A DNA stretch of 63,163 nucleotides, the filler included, from Sanchytrium tribonematis (lineage: Eukaryota), in NCBI GenBank assembly GCA_018985235.1. It is 9 parts of 9 records of this genome, joined end to end, with 100 filler letters (N's around TTAATTAATTAA, not from the genome) between each part and the next. Parts side by side here need not be neighbours in the genome. Positions count along the whole stretch, not along the records: positions 28,175 to 35,107 come from JADGIG010000482.1; positions 35,208 to 42,137 come from JADGIG010000483.1; 7 more parts are not named here. One strand, written 5' to 3'. Every line of letters starts with the position of its first letter. The stretch's first letter is position 1. The notes below the pieces were generated by a model. The model had not been told where the DNA came from and did not search any database. It was given only the letters and a program-made list of their open reading frames with translations. This document shows positions 32,330 through 42,237 of the stretch, piece after piece. A program made the position numbers and the translations under genes.

Positions 32330-33495
32330 ATTTCAAAATCTAGTTCAAACACTTTCAAATTTTCCTCTTTAATTTTAGCAAAAATTGATGTGCAATAATC
32401 TTCCTTCGTGCAAAGAGCTGTGTAGTAATTGTAAGCAATTAGCAAAAATTGGAAATTATTTAAATAAACATTTTCTTGTAGCCAGATCAAGTCAATTTTA
32501 ACAATTTTTTCTACCCTATGGATTAATGCATAATCACCTCTGCATAGCATTTTGATAATTAAAAACACCATGACAGGAAAACATTCTTTATCATAGTTTA
32601 AATTCGCCCATGTGTACCAGCTAGTCAAAAACAGCAAATGATATAAATTTTCAGTTAAATTTAATTGAATTAAAAGATCATTCAATTCTTCAAATGAATC
32701 CTCAAATGGTTCTGAAAGAGAAACACTCGGACACCTTTTAGCTTTTTTTCTTTTACCTTTCTCAAAAACTTTCACAATATCCGAAGCGCTGCAACGATCA
32801 TCCAAATCTTTACAAGCCCATTTGACAGAATAATCTAAATTCTCAGAATCAAATACAAATTCTGACATTTCTAAATAAAAATCATCCCAAAGCCTTAACT
32901 GAAGTTCTTTGTTAGGCGGTTTGTCTTCTTTGTGCTGGTATAATGGTCCCTTTTCAAATTTTAAATAAAACATCATGACACCCAAGGCAAAAATGTCCGA
33001 CTTACAACTCAAAGTCTGTCTGTTTATCACTTCCTTAGGTCTATATGGCCATGCGTATGCGCTAAGCTCATTGTGTATAGATTTTTCAAATTGGCTCAAA
33101 TTGAAGTCAATCAGCTTGATATTCCCGTTACTCAAAAGGATATTTCTAGGTTTGATATCACAATGAACAATGTTCAAACTATGAATAAATTCAAGAGCTT
33201 TAGCAATCTGAAGAAAATGGTCCTTCAAATACCGTTCCTTATCTTGCTGACAAATATTATTGTAAAAAACTTTTAGATCAATTCCGGCATATGCCATTCT
33301 TATTTTAAGACGATCTTCACTGTACACGGAATAATCGTACAGTTCTGGAACAAATTGTGATTGAATCAATTTAAGCAAACAAACTTCATCAAGCCACTCA
33401 TGCATCTCATAACCCTTTAATTTTTTGCTCGTCTTTTCGACAATCTTCCCAACATGATTTACTTTCGCAAACGATCCTTCTCCGATGACTGTCAT
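32326..33495 (-). CDS. Divergent Ser/Thr protein kinase with helical C-terminal extension
   Basis: IGEGSFAKV, VEK, HCDIKPRNIL, DFN in place of DFG, YRPKEV, SDIFALG. Confidence 0.85.
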   Translation of the reverse strand: MTVIGEGSFAKVNHVGKIVEKTSKKLKGYEMHEWLDEVCLLKLIQSQFVPELYDYSVYSEDRLKIRMAYAGIDLKVFYNNICQQDKERYLKDHFLQIAKALEFIHSLNIVHCDIKPRNILLSNGNIKLIDFNLSQFEKSIHNELSAYAWPYRPKEVINRQTLSCKSDIFALGVMMFYLKFEKGPLYQHKEDKPPNKELQLRLWDDFYLEMSEFVFDSENLDYSVKWACKDLDDRCSASDIVKVFEKGKRKKAKRCPSVSLSEPFEDSFEELNDLLIQLNLTENLYHLLFLTSWYTWANLNYDKECFPVMVFLIIKMLCRGDYALIHRVEKIVKIDLIWLQENVYLNNFQFLLIAYNYYTALCTKEDYCTSIFAKIKEENLKVFELDFEI

Positions 33496-33683
33496 GAATT
33501 AATGAAAATGAAAAGGGGATTGTATCACTTTATATCTGTCCAATTATTCACGCAAGGCGTCGCACAAAATAGATCTTGACCACATGTGTATCAGTAACAA
33601 GAACAGTGTTAAGCTTTCGATGGTTGGGATTACATTTAATGCAATTAGAATGAATTTATAATATAATTTTCGTAACTTGTTTT

Positions 33684-33992
33684 ATGGTTCCCTTTAAAAA
33701 TGAGGACAGTGCTAAAATAACTAGAAGAAAACGGTTTACATATAAAGCCTTCTTAGAAAAAGAAAGGGCAAGACCGATAAACGTTATAACTTACACTACA
33801 CTACTAGCACCACCCTCGCTGGTGCCACAAAAAAAGTATTGCGACATCACTGGCCTTATTGCCCATTACAATGATCCCAAGACAGGACTTCGATATCACA
33901 ATCAAGAGGTATATGCATATATTCGGGGATTGACTCAATATACTTGCCAAGAATATTTAAAAATTAGAAATGCAAATCATAATTTGATTTAA
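33684..33992 (+). CDS. IES6: INO80 complex subunit Ies6 (YL1-C domain)
   Basis: APPSLVPQKKYCDITGL.A.Y.DPKTGLRYHN.EVY..YLKIRNA. Confidence 0.9.
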   Translation: MVPFKNEDSAKITRRKRFTYKAFLEKERARPINVITYTTLLAPPSLVPQKKYCDITGLIAHYNDPKTGLRYHNQEVYAYIRGLTQYTCQEYLKIRNANHNLI

Positions 33993-34004
33993 GCAATAAA
34001 TTTA

Positions 34005-34907
34005 TTACATCTCTTTCACAAATGTGGCATCAAGTTGACTTATTTGTGGTAAAGATAGTATAACCTTACGTCGGTACGCAGTGGGTTCAGCTAGTTGCAA
34101 GGGGTTGCGTTCCAAGTAAATTGTTTTTAGATTTTGATTTTGCTTCAAGGAATCCAGATTTGAAAATTCAATTATCTGGTTATCATTAAGCCATAATTCC
34201 TCCAGAAAATTTAAATGATTTAAATTTTCGAGTTTAGTTATTCTGTTATTGCCCAAATCAAGTACTCGTAGCTTTATATTTAATTCAATTCCGCATATTC
34301 TGTCAATCCCATTATGCGAGAGATACAATTCTTCTAAGTTTTCCAACGAGCTCAAATTGTCAATAAGTTTAATTCTGTTACTAGGCAGGGAAAGAATCCT
34401 TAGGTTTTTCAATGCCGATATACCAGCTATTTCCCGGATACGATTTTTGCCTATCCACAATTCCGACAAATTTGTCAAGTGATTTAAATTGTCCATCTCC
34501 TTGATTCGATTCGCACCAAGTTCAAGATTTCTTAATTGCTTTGAAAACTTGATAAAGGGGATTTCTTTCAAGTCGTTTGAAATGAGAAAAAGTTCTTCAA
34601 GTGATATCAATTTGTCAAAAACTTGGCTATCAATCTCTCTCAATAAGTTGTACGATAAGTCACAATATTTCAAATGGATAAGTTCCGATAAAATACCAAG
34701 ATTTTTAAGCTTGTTATCGTACACATCTAAATATTCTAAAGAAAGGGGCAAACTTTCAATTTTCTCAAATAAATTTTGTCTCAATCCCAAGCTTCTTAAC
34801 TTAAAAAACCTCTCTAGTTGTAATTCTTTCATATTCTTAAGGCGGCTATGTGTTAAATCTAGTTCCATTTCATCTAGGTCAATATTCTCCAAGTAGTCAT
34901 CCTCCAT
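34005..34907 (-). CDS. SDS22: PP1 regulatory subunit Sds22
   Basis: LGLRQN, LELGANRI, LWIGKNRI, LYLSHNGI, IYLERNPL..YRRKV..LPQISQLDAT. Confidence 0.92.
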   Translation of the reverse strand: MEDDYLENIDLDEMELDLTHSRLKNMKELQLERFFKLRSLGLRQNLFEKIESLPLSLEYLDVYDNKLKNLGILSELIHLKYCDLSYNLLREIDSQVFDKLISLEELFLISNDLKEIPFIKFSKQLRNLELGANRIKEMDNLNHLTNLSELWIGKNRIREIAGISALKNLRILSLPSNRIKLIDNLSSLENLEELYLSHNGIDRICGIELNIKLRVLDLGNNRITKLENLNHLNFLEELWLNDNQIIEFSNLDSLKQNQNLKTIYLERNPLQLAEPTAYRRKVILSLPQISQLDATFVKEM

Positions 34908-35207
34908 TACAATTTTTCAAGGAGAAAATAAAAAGAAGAAAGATTGAAATGTTATTTGTGTGAAGTATTTCGACTAAAAAGTTAACAGAATAGTTTAAAC
35001 CAATAAAATATTATAGGGGACCAATATAACTATTAGTCTTTAAAAATTGCCTAAAACCGATTAGTAATAGGACACGTTGGATGTTTAAGTTTGCGGTCAG
35101 CAATAATNNNNNNNNNNNNNNNNNNNNNNNNNNNNNNNNNNNNNNNNNNNNTTAATTAATTAANNNNNNNNNNNNNNNNNNNNNNNNNNNNNNNNNNNNN
35201 NNNNNNN

Positions 35208-35325
35208 CTTGCAGAGTCTTTTCATTCAATAATCTCAATCTATTGTGTTCTCTCTCTTCAGCTATGATTTTAGCATTTAAATTGAGCTTGGCCAGTATTT
35301 CTTTAGCGTCAAATGTTCCCCCCAT
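35208..35325 (-). CDS. Hypothetical protein, 5' fragment cut by contig end
   Basis: MGGTFDAKEILAKLNLNAKIIAEERE...; GATTGG box just upstream. Confidence 0.35.
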
Positions 35326-35471
35326 TTGACCTATGACTGGTTCCAATCAACCATGCACGATAGTGAGTTTTTCAGGAGTGAATGACGCCATTATCTCCTA
35401 CGATTTGTTTAAAAAGCAACTACATCTAATTGTGCTGCATATAATTGATTAATAGTACAAAATTGTGAACG

Positions 35472-36872
35472 ATGTACCAAGTCAGTAAACCAATCAGAAC
35501 ACGTTTTGATGCTCAGGCAAATAAAACCAATCAATCAGATATTTTAAATCACGAATATACTTTTAGTGACATGAGTTTCGATGATTTTACAAAATTTCTG
35601 TCTACAGACTGCTGGGACGCGATATTTGAGAAAATGACCAAGAAGGAGTTGCTTAAGTTAGGCCCAATCAACAAAAATGCCAGTATTTCTTTATACCGTT
35701 GTAGATGGAAAAAATTAGTAGTCTCAAATTTAAGTGATACCCATTCTTTAGACCAGATTTTTGAATTTGGGACATTCCCGTACCAAGAATATGTGGAAGA
35801 ATTGACAATTTGTTTAAGAAAAACAGACACGGTGAGGAATCTAATATGGTTAAGACATCTTACAGAATTAAAAAAAATTGTCTTGCAATCCAGCGAAGAC
35901 TTTGATAAGAATTATGTTATTGATCCAACAATTATATCTTTTTTGTCGACGGTTTTTGAAAAAAACAAGAAATTGTGGAACATTACAGGCGGATGTAAAT
36001 TTCTTGAAGCTATTAGGGGCAGTCCTGTAATAACAACTGTGACTCTGTGTTGCGAGTGGACCAAAAATTCAGCAGCTGTTGTTTCTTCGTTCCCAAATAT
36101 GAGAAAATTAATACTGAAGAAAAAAATTCAAAATTTTCAGTATTTTGGGAGAATCGAACAAGTCAGGCATCTTATTGTCGAAACATCATGGATGGATCAG
36201 TCTTCCTTTTTAAGATTGAACAAACAATTTCCTTTAGTCGGTAATCTCAATATAAATCAAGAATGGGGTGCTGAATCCATCAATTTGTCAGGATTTCAAT
36301 ACTTGACTTCTCTCGAGTGCAGTTATTTAAATGTAGCAACATTCCCCCCTCAACTAAAATCATTAAAGATATGGGGTATCAAGTTGGAACATCTTTATTC
36401 ACTTCCAATATACACATTGAATGAACTGCAAACATCTGCATACCTCGGACACGTTTTCGACTTTTTACATCCAATCTTTGACCATCTTCCATCCATGATG
36501 AACAGAATTGTTAAAATGAGTTCGTTTGCTTTCGCCTTAGAAGATGGTACAAGCCAGATTATAATCTCGAACAATATCAAAAGTTATTGCTCTCCTTACG
36601 TGCAGTATGGGGATTTACAAATTGCTTCGGTAGAGAAGAATTTATGTTTTGCGATTTTGCCTGGTGAGTCTATACCTACTTTTATTGAATATATAGGAGA
36701 TTCTATGTTGTCCATTTTAAAATCTGGATCCGTTATTTCTTATTCAGCCAGCATCCAATATTCTAAATTTTTAAAATCGTTATATTCATCGATGATCAGG
36801 GACACAAAAGATGAAAATGTGATACGAGATATTAATGAATATTATCGACGCAAGCGGAACAACTCTCAATAA
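35472..36872 (+). CDS. Hypothetical F-box/LRR-like protein
   Basis: F-box-like LSTDCWDAIFEKMTKKELLKLGPINK..W followed by degenerate LxxLxL repeats. Confidence 0.55.
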   Translation: MYQVSKPIRTRFDAQANKTNQSDILNHEYTFSDMSFDDFTKFLSTDCWDAIFEKMTKKELLKLGPINKNASISLYRCRWKKLVVSNLSDTHSLDQIFEFGTFPYQEYVEELTICLRKTDTVRNLIWLRHLTELKKIVLQSSEDFDKNYVIDPTIISFLSTVFEKNKKLWNITGGCKFLEAIRGSPVITTVTLCCEWTKNSAAVVSSFPNMRKLILKKKIQNFQYFGRIEQVRHLIVETSWMDQSSFLRLNKQFPLVGNLNINQEWGAESINLSGFQYLTSLECSYLNVATFPPQLKSLKIWGIKLEHLYSLPIYTLNELQTSAYLGHVFDFLHPIFDHLPSMMNRIVKMSSFAFALEDGTSQIIISNNIKSYCSPYVQYGDLQIASVEKNLCFAILPGESIPTFIEYIGDSMLSILKSGSVISYSASIQYSKFLKSLYSSMIRDTKDENVIRDINEYYRRKRNNSQ

Positions 36873-36878
36873 ATTTAC

Positions 36879-37512
36879 TCAAACGCAAATTCTATAAGTA
36901 ACATATCTACCAGCGGTTTCGGATGGTCTCGTAATTTTCACTACTTGCCCTCTGATCAAACCGTAATAGCGAGAAACAGGATCGTTGTGTTGTATCCTGG
37001 GCAATTGGGTCTCCTTAAGCTTACTAGATTAATTTAAAATACTATCTGTCTAATAATTTTTGCTTATCCTGGTCATCCAGTAGTTCATGTTTCGGCACCA
37101 AAACATGCTTGGTGATATTTACGATTAATTCGCTCTCTAAAAATACCTCGAGCAAATACTTAGATCCCATTTGCTGAAGAACTTTTTTAGCACTGGGAGT
37201 CATTGGTTTTTTAACGACAATGATTCCTCGTTCTATATTGTGTTGAATCATTTTCTCACAATACTGACGAATGTGTTTAACTCCTACACTTTCCTCTTCA
37301 GCGTAAATAACGTATATTTGGACATTTGGTTGATTTCTTTTTGCTGCGATTAAGTTTAATTCCGCCTTATTTACAACTCCATTAATGACGAACTTTTTGG
37401 AGAACTCTTCAAAGGACATATCAATTTCAGACTTGCTGAGATTATATCCCCTATCTTTAAGCATTTCAATGATTGTTTTTTGAATTCTAAATTGTCGTAC
37501 TATATCGGACAT
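36879..37512 (-). CDS. RPB5: RNA polymerase I/II/III common subunit RPB5; exons 37512-37043 and 37023-36879 (204 aa)
   Basis: [20 protein letters not shown]; after splicing [51 protein letters not shown]. Confidence 0.97.
37024..37042 (-). other. 19-nt spliceosomal intron (phase 2) in RPB5
   Basis: GTATTTTAAATTAATCTAG; removal restores the essential conserved C-terminal domain. Confidence 0.96.
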
Positions 37513-37587
37513 TCTCCTTGTATTATCCCAAATCAAAATTTTATTGGTGCTGCAGTTCTACACTCCTTTGAGGGCAATAGTCGTTCC

Positions 37588-38358
37588 TCATCTGGATTGC
37601 AAATATCTTTCTAAAACACTCTGTCTTTCTGTTTCTGGTAAAGATACCCACTCTACTCTTGTTTCAAGAATTGTAGTGGCTTCTTCCACGTTTTTGCAAT
37701 TTTTGCATGCTTTTTCGATTAACAAAAATAAAGACTCTTTGGCGCTTGTGTGTTCGGTTGAATTATTAAGTTTTTTCCACTGCTTAAAATATTTTCTGCG
37801 CTGTAGTTCATCAACATATTTCCAACGAGTATCATTTCTGAATTTATGCTTGACATGTACATATTCATAATTGACGGGACACTCTTTAAGCATTTCAAAG
37901 AAGTCATTGGTGAGATTTTTTGGTTTAACTTTTATAGTTGCATTTTTGCAATATTCACCGAAAATTCTGCGTGAATATTTTTCTTCCAGATTAAATTGAC
38001 CACACATTTTTTCGACAACTGTATTAAATGGAGTGTATGGAGATACTTCATTTGCAATTAACCATTCTTTGAAAAGTCTCATTTGCAATTCAACGCCGTC
38101 CAAGTTAGCTTCATTTTCTTCAAAATCTGAAAAACCAAATTCCTCCCCATCAGAGCATTGCTCAGCACTGATTGGATTTCCTTCCGCTCGATCAAGAAGT
38201 ACGGCTTTAAGTGAATTGATTAAATCTGGAGAAAAATCTAATTTTTTAAGATTAAAAGAGCTTTTTTCACCCGAAACATAAAAGATGTTTCTTTTATTCG
38301 TAACGTAAAGTTGAAATTTGCCATCATAATCCAAACCTAACAACACTACTTCTCCCAT
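37588..38358 (-). CDS. FF-domain protein (TCERG1/Urn1-like)
   Basis: FKEWL..EVSPYTPF..RRIFGEYC; FFEMLKE..KHKFRNDTRW..RRKYFKQW; RQSVLERYL. Confidence 0.65.
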   Translation of the reverse strand: MGEVVLLGLDYDGKFQLYVTNKRNIFYVSGEKSSFNLKKLDFSPDLINSLKAVLLDRAEGNPISAEQCSDGEEFGFSDFEENEANLDGVELQMRLFKEWLIANEVSPYTPFNTVVEKMCGQFNLEEKYSRRIFGEYCKNATIKVKPKNLTNDFFEMLKECPVNYEYVHVKHKFRNDTRWKYVDELQRRKYFKQWKKLNNSTEHTSAKESLFLLIEKACKNCKNVEEATTILETRVEWVSLPETERQSVLERYLQSR

Positions 38359-38374
38359 TGTAACATATAATTTA

Positions 38375-38977
38375 TTAGTATAAAAACGGGATTAATGCGA
38401 ATGTTTCTGATTTGTATTTTTTGTAATCCTCTTTGAAGTGCTCCAAAAGTGCAGCTTCTTCATTCCTAATTCTCAATATGAGCATGATTGCCATACCTGC
38501 TAGAATTTGGAAAACGCCCACTGCCGTCATTTTTATATAAATGGCGAAACCAACATAAGCGAAAATCATTCCTGTATAAGACGGATGGCGAATATACTTG
38601 TAAGGACCAGATTTTATAAGCTTATGCTCTTTTTGAATACTAACATTGTAAGTAAAGTGTTTATCAAGCAATTTAAATGCTAATCTTCTAAGAGCAACAC
38701 CAAACAAACATGTCCCGCATCCTAAAATAGCCGTTATGTCTATGGGATCTGTAATAGGATTACCGCCAAAATTTGGCAAAGACAAATTGTAATAAAATGC
38801 AAGGAATAATAGAATAGGGCTTAAAGTGCCAACGAAAATAAAACTTTGAAGACTCTTTTTCGACTTAACATAATAGTCCTTATTCTTTTCATTGAAAGTG
38901 TCGAATCCGTTTGGTGGAATAATAATTGTGATAAGTTGCCATGTAATTAGAAAGTAAACTATAATATTTAAAATCAT
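38375..38977 (-). CDS. Isoprenylcysteine carboxyl methyltransferase (ICMT/Ste14-like) family membrane methyltransferase
   Basis: HKLIKSGPYKYIRHPSYTG, RIRNEEAAL..F..Y..Y..LIPFLY. Confidence 0.85.
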   Translation of the reverse strand: MILNIIVYFLITWQLITIIIPPNGFDTFNEKNKDYYVKSKKSLQSFIFVGTLSPILLFLAFYYNLSLPNFGGNPITDPIDITAILGCGTCLFGVALRRLAFKLLDKHFTYNVSIQKEHKLIKSGPYKYIRHPSYTGMIFAYVGFAIYIKMTAVGVFQILAGMAIMLILRIRNEEAALLEHFKEDYKKYKSETFALIPFLY

Positions 38978-39016
38978 GTTTTAAAAATTTAGAGTAAAAA
39001 CATTTTGGGCAAACTT

Positions 39017-40255
39017 TTATTCTTCTATCCAACATTCAGTGATTAGGTCATTTTCAGAAAATATACTCTTCCTAGCTTTAAAAGACGGGTTGCTGCAAAT
39101 TAAGGATAACCCCGCAAATTCCAAAGTATGGGAGGGCAGACACATCTTGCTAATTTTTGAGTCCAAATAGGAGTCTAAAGTTATACCTTCTTCATTTTTA
39201 AGAATTTTGATACAAAAATGAGCTTTTAAATTTAGAAGTGTTGGATACTTTGGTAATCGTTTAAAGATTGATTTTGTAAGTCGGGATTGCAAGCCATAAA
39301 TAGGGATACCAAATGGAAATTGTATCATGCAGTTCTGTGCGCAAACAATTCGGTGATCTGGAGACATTTTTTCAAATGATTGAAGAATGATATCCGCTAA
39401 AGTGATGTTATCTCGATTTCCTTCAAAAAGATCTTCATAAAGCCTCTCCACTATCCATCCGGGTATTGCAATTCCATATTTAGAATTGATATTTAGTGGA
39501 ATTACTGCCCAATCGAGACTTGATTTATAAATTGGCTCTTGATATATTGTTTTGAAAGCACCAAATGATTTGGTCACTTCTTTCAGTGATATTTCAGAAT
39601 TATTTGGTTCGTCACCCACAAAGCAGTGACTAATTATTCGTCGAAGATAACTGAATGAAAGCCTATTTTGGCTGTCTTCATTCCACTGTATAGTTTTTAC
39701 AGGCAATCCATCTGAGACCTCAACGAGACCCTTTTTGGGATTTAAAAACTGCTTGGCCTCTCCTGCTAAAACATCAAGCCTTAAAAGATGGCCTTCTTTT
39801 AATATTAGGGTTTTCAATTTGTCAGTAAAATGATTCATTCCCAAATCAAAGTAACTTAATGCCTGAAAATCAGGATATGCAAATACAATTGGCAGCGAAT
39901 AAATTTCATTATTATTGAACTTAATTAAAGTACCGCTTTTTTGCCGCAGCATCGCAAAAGGACCATTGCAATTGAAGATAACATCAATTTTCTCAATTTT
40001 TAAAAGCAGCAAGGACTGAAGAAATATCTTCTTTCTTGTCCACGTATTAAAAATGTCCTCTGCCAATATCAGATTTTTCGGTCGAAATAGCAATTTTAAA
40101 TTAAATATTTCTTTTAATATTGACACATATTCATCTATGGTATAGTTTTTCTGTTCAAATAAATAGTATCCATGTTGCTGAGAGATTCCACTTATTCCAT
40201 ATGTAATTCCCATATCGTTGAGAACGAGTATTGCAGTTAAATTTGCTGTGTTCAT
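39017..40255 (-). CDS. Divergent actin-related protein (dynactin Arp10/Arp11-like)
   Basis: VLNDMG..YGISG, LILAED, IPGWIVERLYEDLFEG, GLQSRL, FAGLSL. Confidence 0.6.
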   Translation of the reverse strand: MNTANLTAILVLNDMGITYGISGISQQHGYYLFEQKNYTIDEYVSILKEIFNLKLLFRPKNLILAEDIFNTWTRKKIFLQSLLLLKIEKIDVIFNCNGPFAMLRQKSGTLIKFNNNEIYSLPIVFAYPDFQALSYFDLGMNHFTDKLKTLILKEGHLLRLDVLAGEAKQFLNPKKGLVEVSDGLPVKTIQWNEDSQNRLSFSYLRRIISHCFVGDEPNNSEISLKEVTKSFGAFKTIYQEPIYKSSLDWAVIPLNINSKYGIAIPGWIVERLYEDLFEGNRDNITLADIILQSFEKMSPDHRIVCAQNCMIQFPFGIPIYGLQSRLTKSIFKRLPKYPTLLNLKAHFCIKILKNEEGITLDSYLDSKISKMCLPSHTLEFAGLSLICSNPSFKARKSIFSENDLITECWIEE

Positions 40256-40333
40256 ACTTCAAGGAGTGAAAGATTTATGTTGTATACAACTATGAGAAGT
40301 TTAACAATAAATTAAGGATTGTCTGATTGATCT

Positions 40334-41440
40334 TTATTTAAAATTCAAATCCATATACTCTTGTGGGTCAATAGTTCTTTCAGCACTAGAATGGTGATCT
40401 ACTGGTTCAATGTTCTTGCCATTAAACACCTCAACATGCTCGATTATGTCGTCTAAATTACTTAAAGAGTTAGTGAATGTCAGCTTCTGTAAACCAACTT
40501 GGTTTCTGAGTTGTTTTGCGTCATCCACAGAAATGCTGCTATGAACTGTTTTCATCCAATTGTAGCTAGAAAAGACTTCACGAATTTCAATCAAAGCAGA
40601 ATCATATTGAGAATGAAATGTTTTCAGTGTTCCGAGCCACTTTAAATTCGAATTTAGACATTTTTTAAATAAATATGATGCATTTTTACACTTTGTGATA
40701 GTACTTTGTTTTGGATCTCGCGCAAACTGTTGTACGAAATGACGACTTAAGTATAAAGATATGGAATTTAACAAATTAATAGCCGTAGGCACGATCATAG
40801 ACGCAGCAGAATTCATTTCTTTAATTTGTCGCTTGCTTGAGGTTTTTGAATTCTGTGGCCAAATTTTAATAAAAGGCATAAGCTTTTTTAACAGTGGTGA
40901 AATATAAAAAGGAGCATCAATTTTTAAAGCAACATCAGTTAATATAGCTATTGATTTTTTGTATTCGGCGTTTTGGTGATAGCACAAGGCTTCCTGAACT
41001 TTGATCGAAACTTGATCTTCTATTTCAATAGCCGATGGCTCGATACTTTTAAGAGTCTCCAAACATTTTTGATAGTTTCCATTATTATACATAATAAGTG
41101 TAGAGTTGAACTTTTGTTCAAAGCTATCAAAGCTCAAATTTGATTTTAAGAATTGCATGTTGATATCTAAGGAGGAACCAGAGACTTCAGATTTTGCATA
41201 GCTTGAGACAGCTTTTGCAAAATCTCCTTTTCGATAATAAATTTGAGCTTGCAATAGATATTTGAGACTGCCTTCCTTCACTAGGGAACACTCCTCTAAC
41301 GCTTTCTCTAATTGGTTCGTTCTGTATAGGGAATAGCATCTTATATGGGGTATGGTACATTTTCTCAGCACATAACCATAATTCTCATTGTCAAGATGTA
41401 TCTTCCAATCTTCCATATAACAAGGAGTGATAAGATACAT
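40334..41440 (-). CDS. TPR protein, possibly a divergent SRP72
   Basis: CYSLYRTNQLEKALE..LLQAQIYYRKGDFAKAVSSY..FEQKFN resembles the SRP72 N-terminal TPRs. Confidence 0.5.
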   Translation of the reverse strand: MYLITPCYMEDWKIHLDNENYGYVLRKCTIPHIRCYSLYRTNQLEKALEECSLVKEGSLKYLLQAQIYYRKGDFAKAVSSYAKSEVSGSSLDINMQFLKSNLSFDSFEQKFNSTLIMYNNGNYQKCLETLKSIEPSAIEIEDQVSIKVQEALCYHQNAEYKKSIAILTDVALKIDAPFYISPLLKKLMPFIKIWPQNSKTSSKRQIKEMNSAASMIVPTAINLLNSISLYLSRHFVQQFARDPKQSTITKCKNASYLFKKCLNSNLKWLGTLKTFHSQYDSALIEIREVFSSYNWMKTVHSSISVDDAKQLRNQVGLQKLTFTNSLSNLDDIIEHVEVFNGKNIEPVDHHSSAERTIDPQEYMDLNFK

Positions 41441-41672
41441 TTCTCCAAATCATCCACATGTTAATGATATTCAAACACTTGATTCCATTCGTGGTTTGAG
41501 AGCAGACAATCTGTTATGATACTGCGTTTTAATTTCCCTAGCTCATGTTGCTAAAATATTTGCAAATGATTTTGAGAATATTCTAATTATATAAATATCC
41601 ACAAGCCAATCATTTGTGCCTCAATTAGCACCATCGCGTATATATAAAGAAAAATGTGAATCAATCAACAGA

Positions 41673-41948
41673 ATGACAAACAAGTGCAAAGCATGTGGTA
41701 AAGCTGTTTACTTGATGGAACAAGTTGTTGTTGGTGAAGACTATTATCATAGTTCCGGATGCTTCAAATGTGCTACTTGTTCAACAACATTGACAATGGC
41801 AACGTTTGCTTGTTTGGATGGGGTCAACTATTGTAAACCTCACTTTAAGCAATTGTTCAAAAGAAAAGGAAGCTACAAAGATATCCAACCAGACGCTTTA
41901 CAAACTGAAGAAATGAAAAGAAAAAGTATGGCTTCCCAGGGAGAATAG
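41673..41948 (+). CDS. Single LIM-domain protein
   Basis: CKACGKAVY..YHSSGCFKCATC..YCKPHFKQLFK.KGSY; CCAAT 41606 and TATA 41639 upstream. Confidence 0.9.
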   Translation: MTNKCKACGKAVYLMEQVVVGEDYYHSSGCFKCATCSTTLTMATFACLDGVNYCKPHFKQLFKRKGSYKDIQPDALQTEEMKRKSMASQGE

Positions 41949-42083
41949 TTTTTTATAAAATAAATATATTCTATTCAACTGCAAATGTAAAATTCAATTT
42001 TGAATATCGATATTTTATTTGTCTCGATTAAAAAAACGCGATTTGATTAGCGTTGAAAATAAACGAAGCCATTTTCTGAAAAA

Positions 42084-42137
42084 ATGTCAGGAAATAGAGC
42101 TTGTGGATCTTGCGGTAAAGTTGTTTATTTTGTAGAA
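42084..42137 (+). CDS. Second LIM protein, 5' fragment cut by contig end
   Basis: MSGNRACGSCGKVVYFVE, similar to the upstream gene. Confidence 0.6.
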
Positions 42138-42237
42138 NNNNNNNNNNNNNNNNNNNNNNNNNNNNNNNNNNNNNNNNNNNNTTAATTAATTAANNNNNNN
42201 NNNNNNNNNNNNNNNNNNNNNNNNNNNNNNNNNNNNN

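Noticed and set aside
35331..35351. Possible 21-nt minus-strand intron GTTGATTGGAACCAGTCATAG removing a TGA
   Set aside because: GC-richer than the verified introns, lacks the T-8/A-6 pattern and contains a CCAAT box; a downstream ATG at 35325 is simpler.
37042..37044. Alternative genetic code (TAA/TAG read as Gln, as in some aphelids) to explain premature stops in RPB5, GT49 and PFK
   Set aside because: The continuations are in a different frame and are resolved exactly by 19-20 nt introns; TAA, TAG and TGA all end conserved proteins at expected positions; long ORFs have no internal stops.
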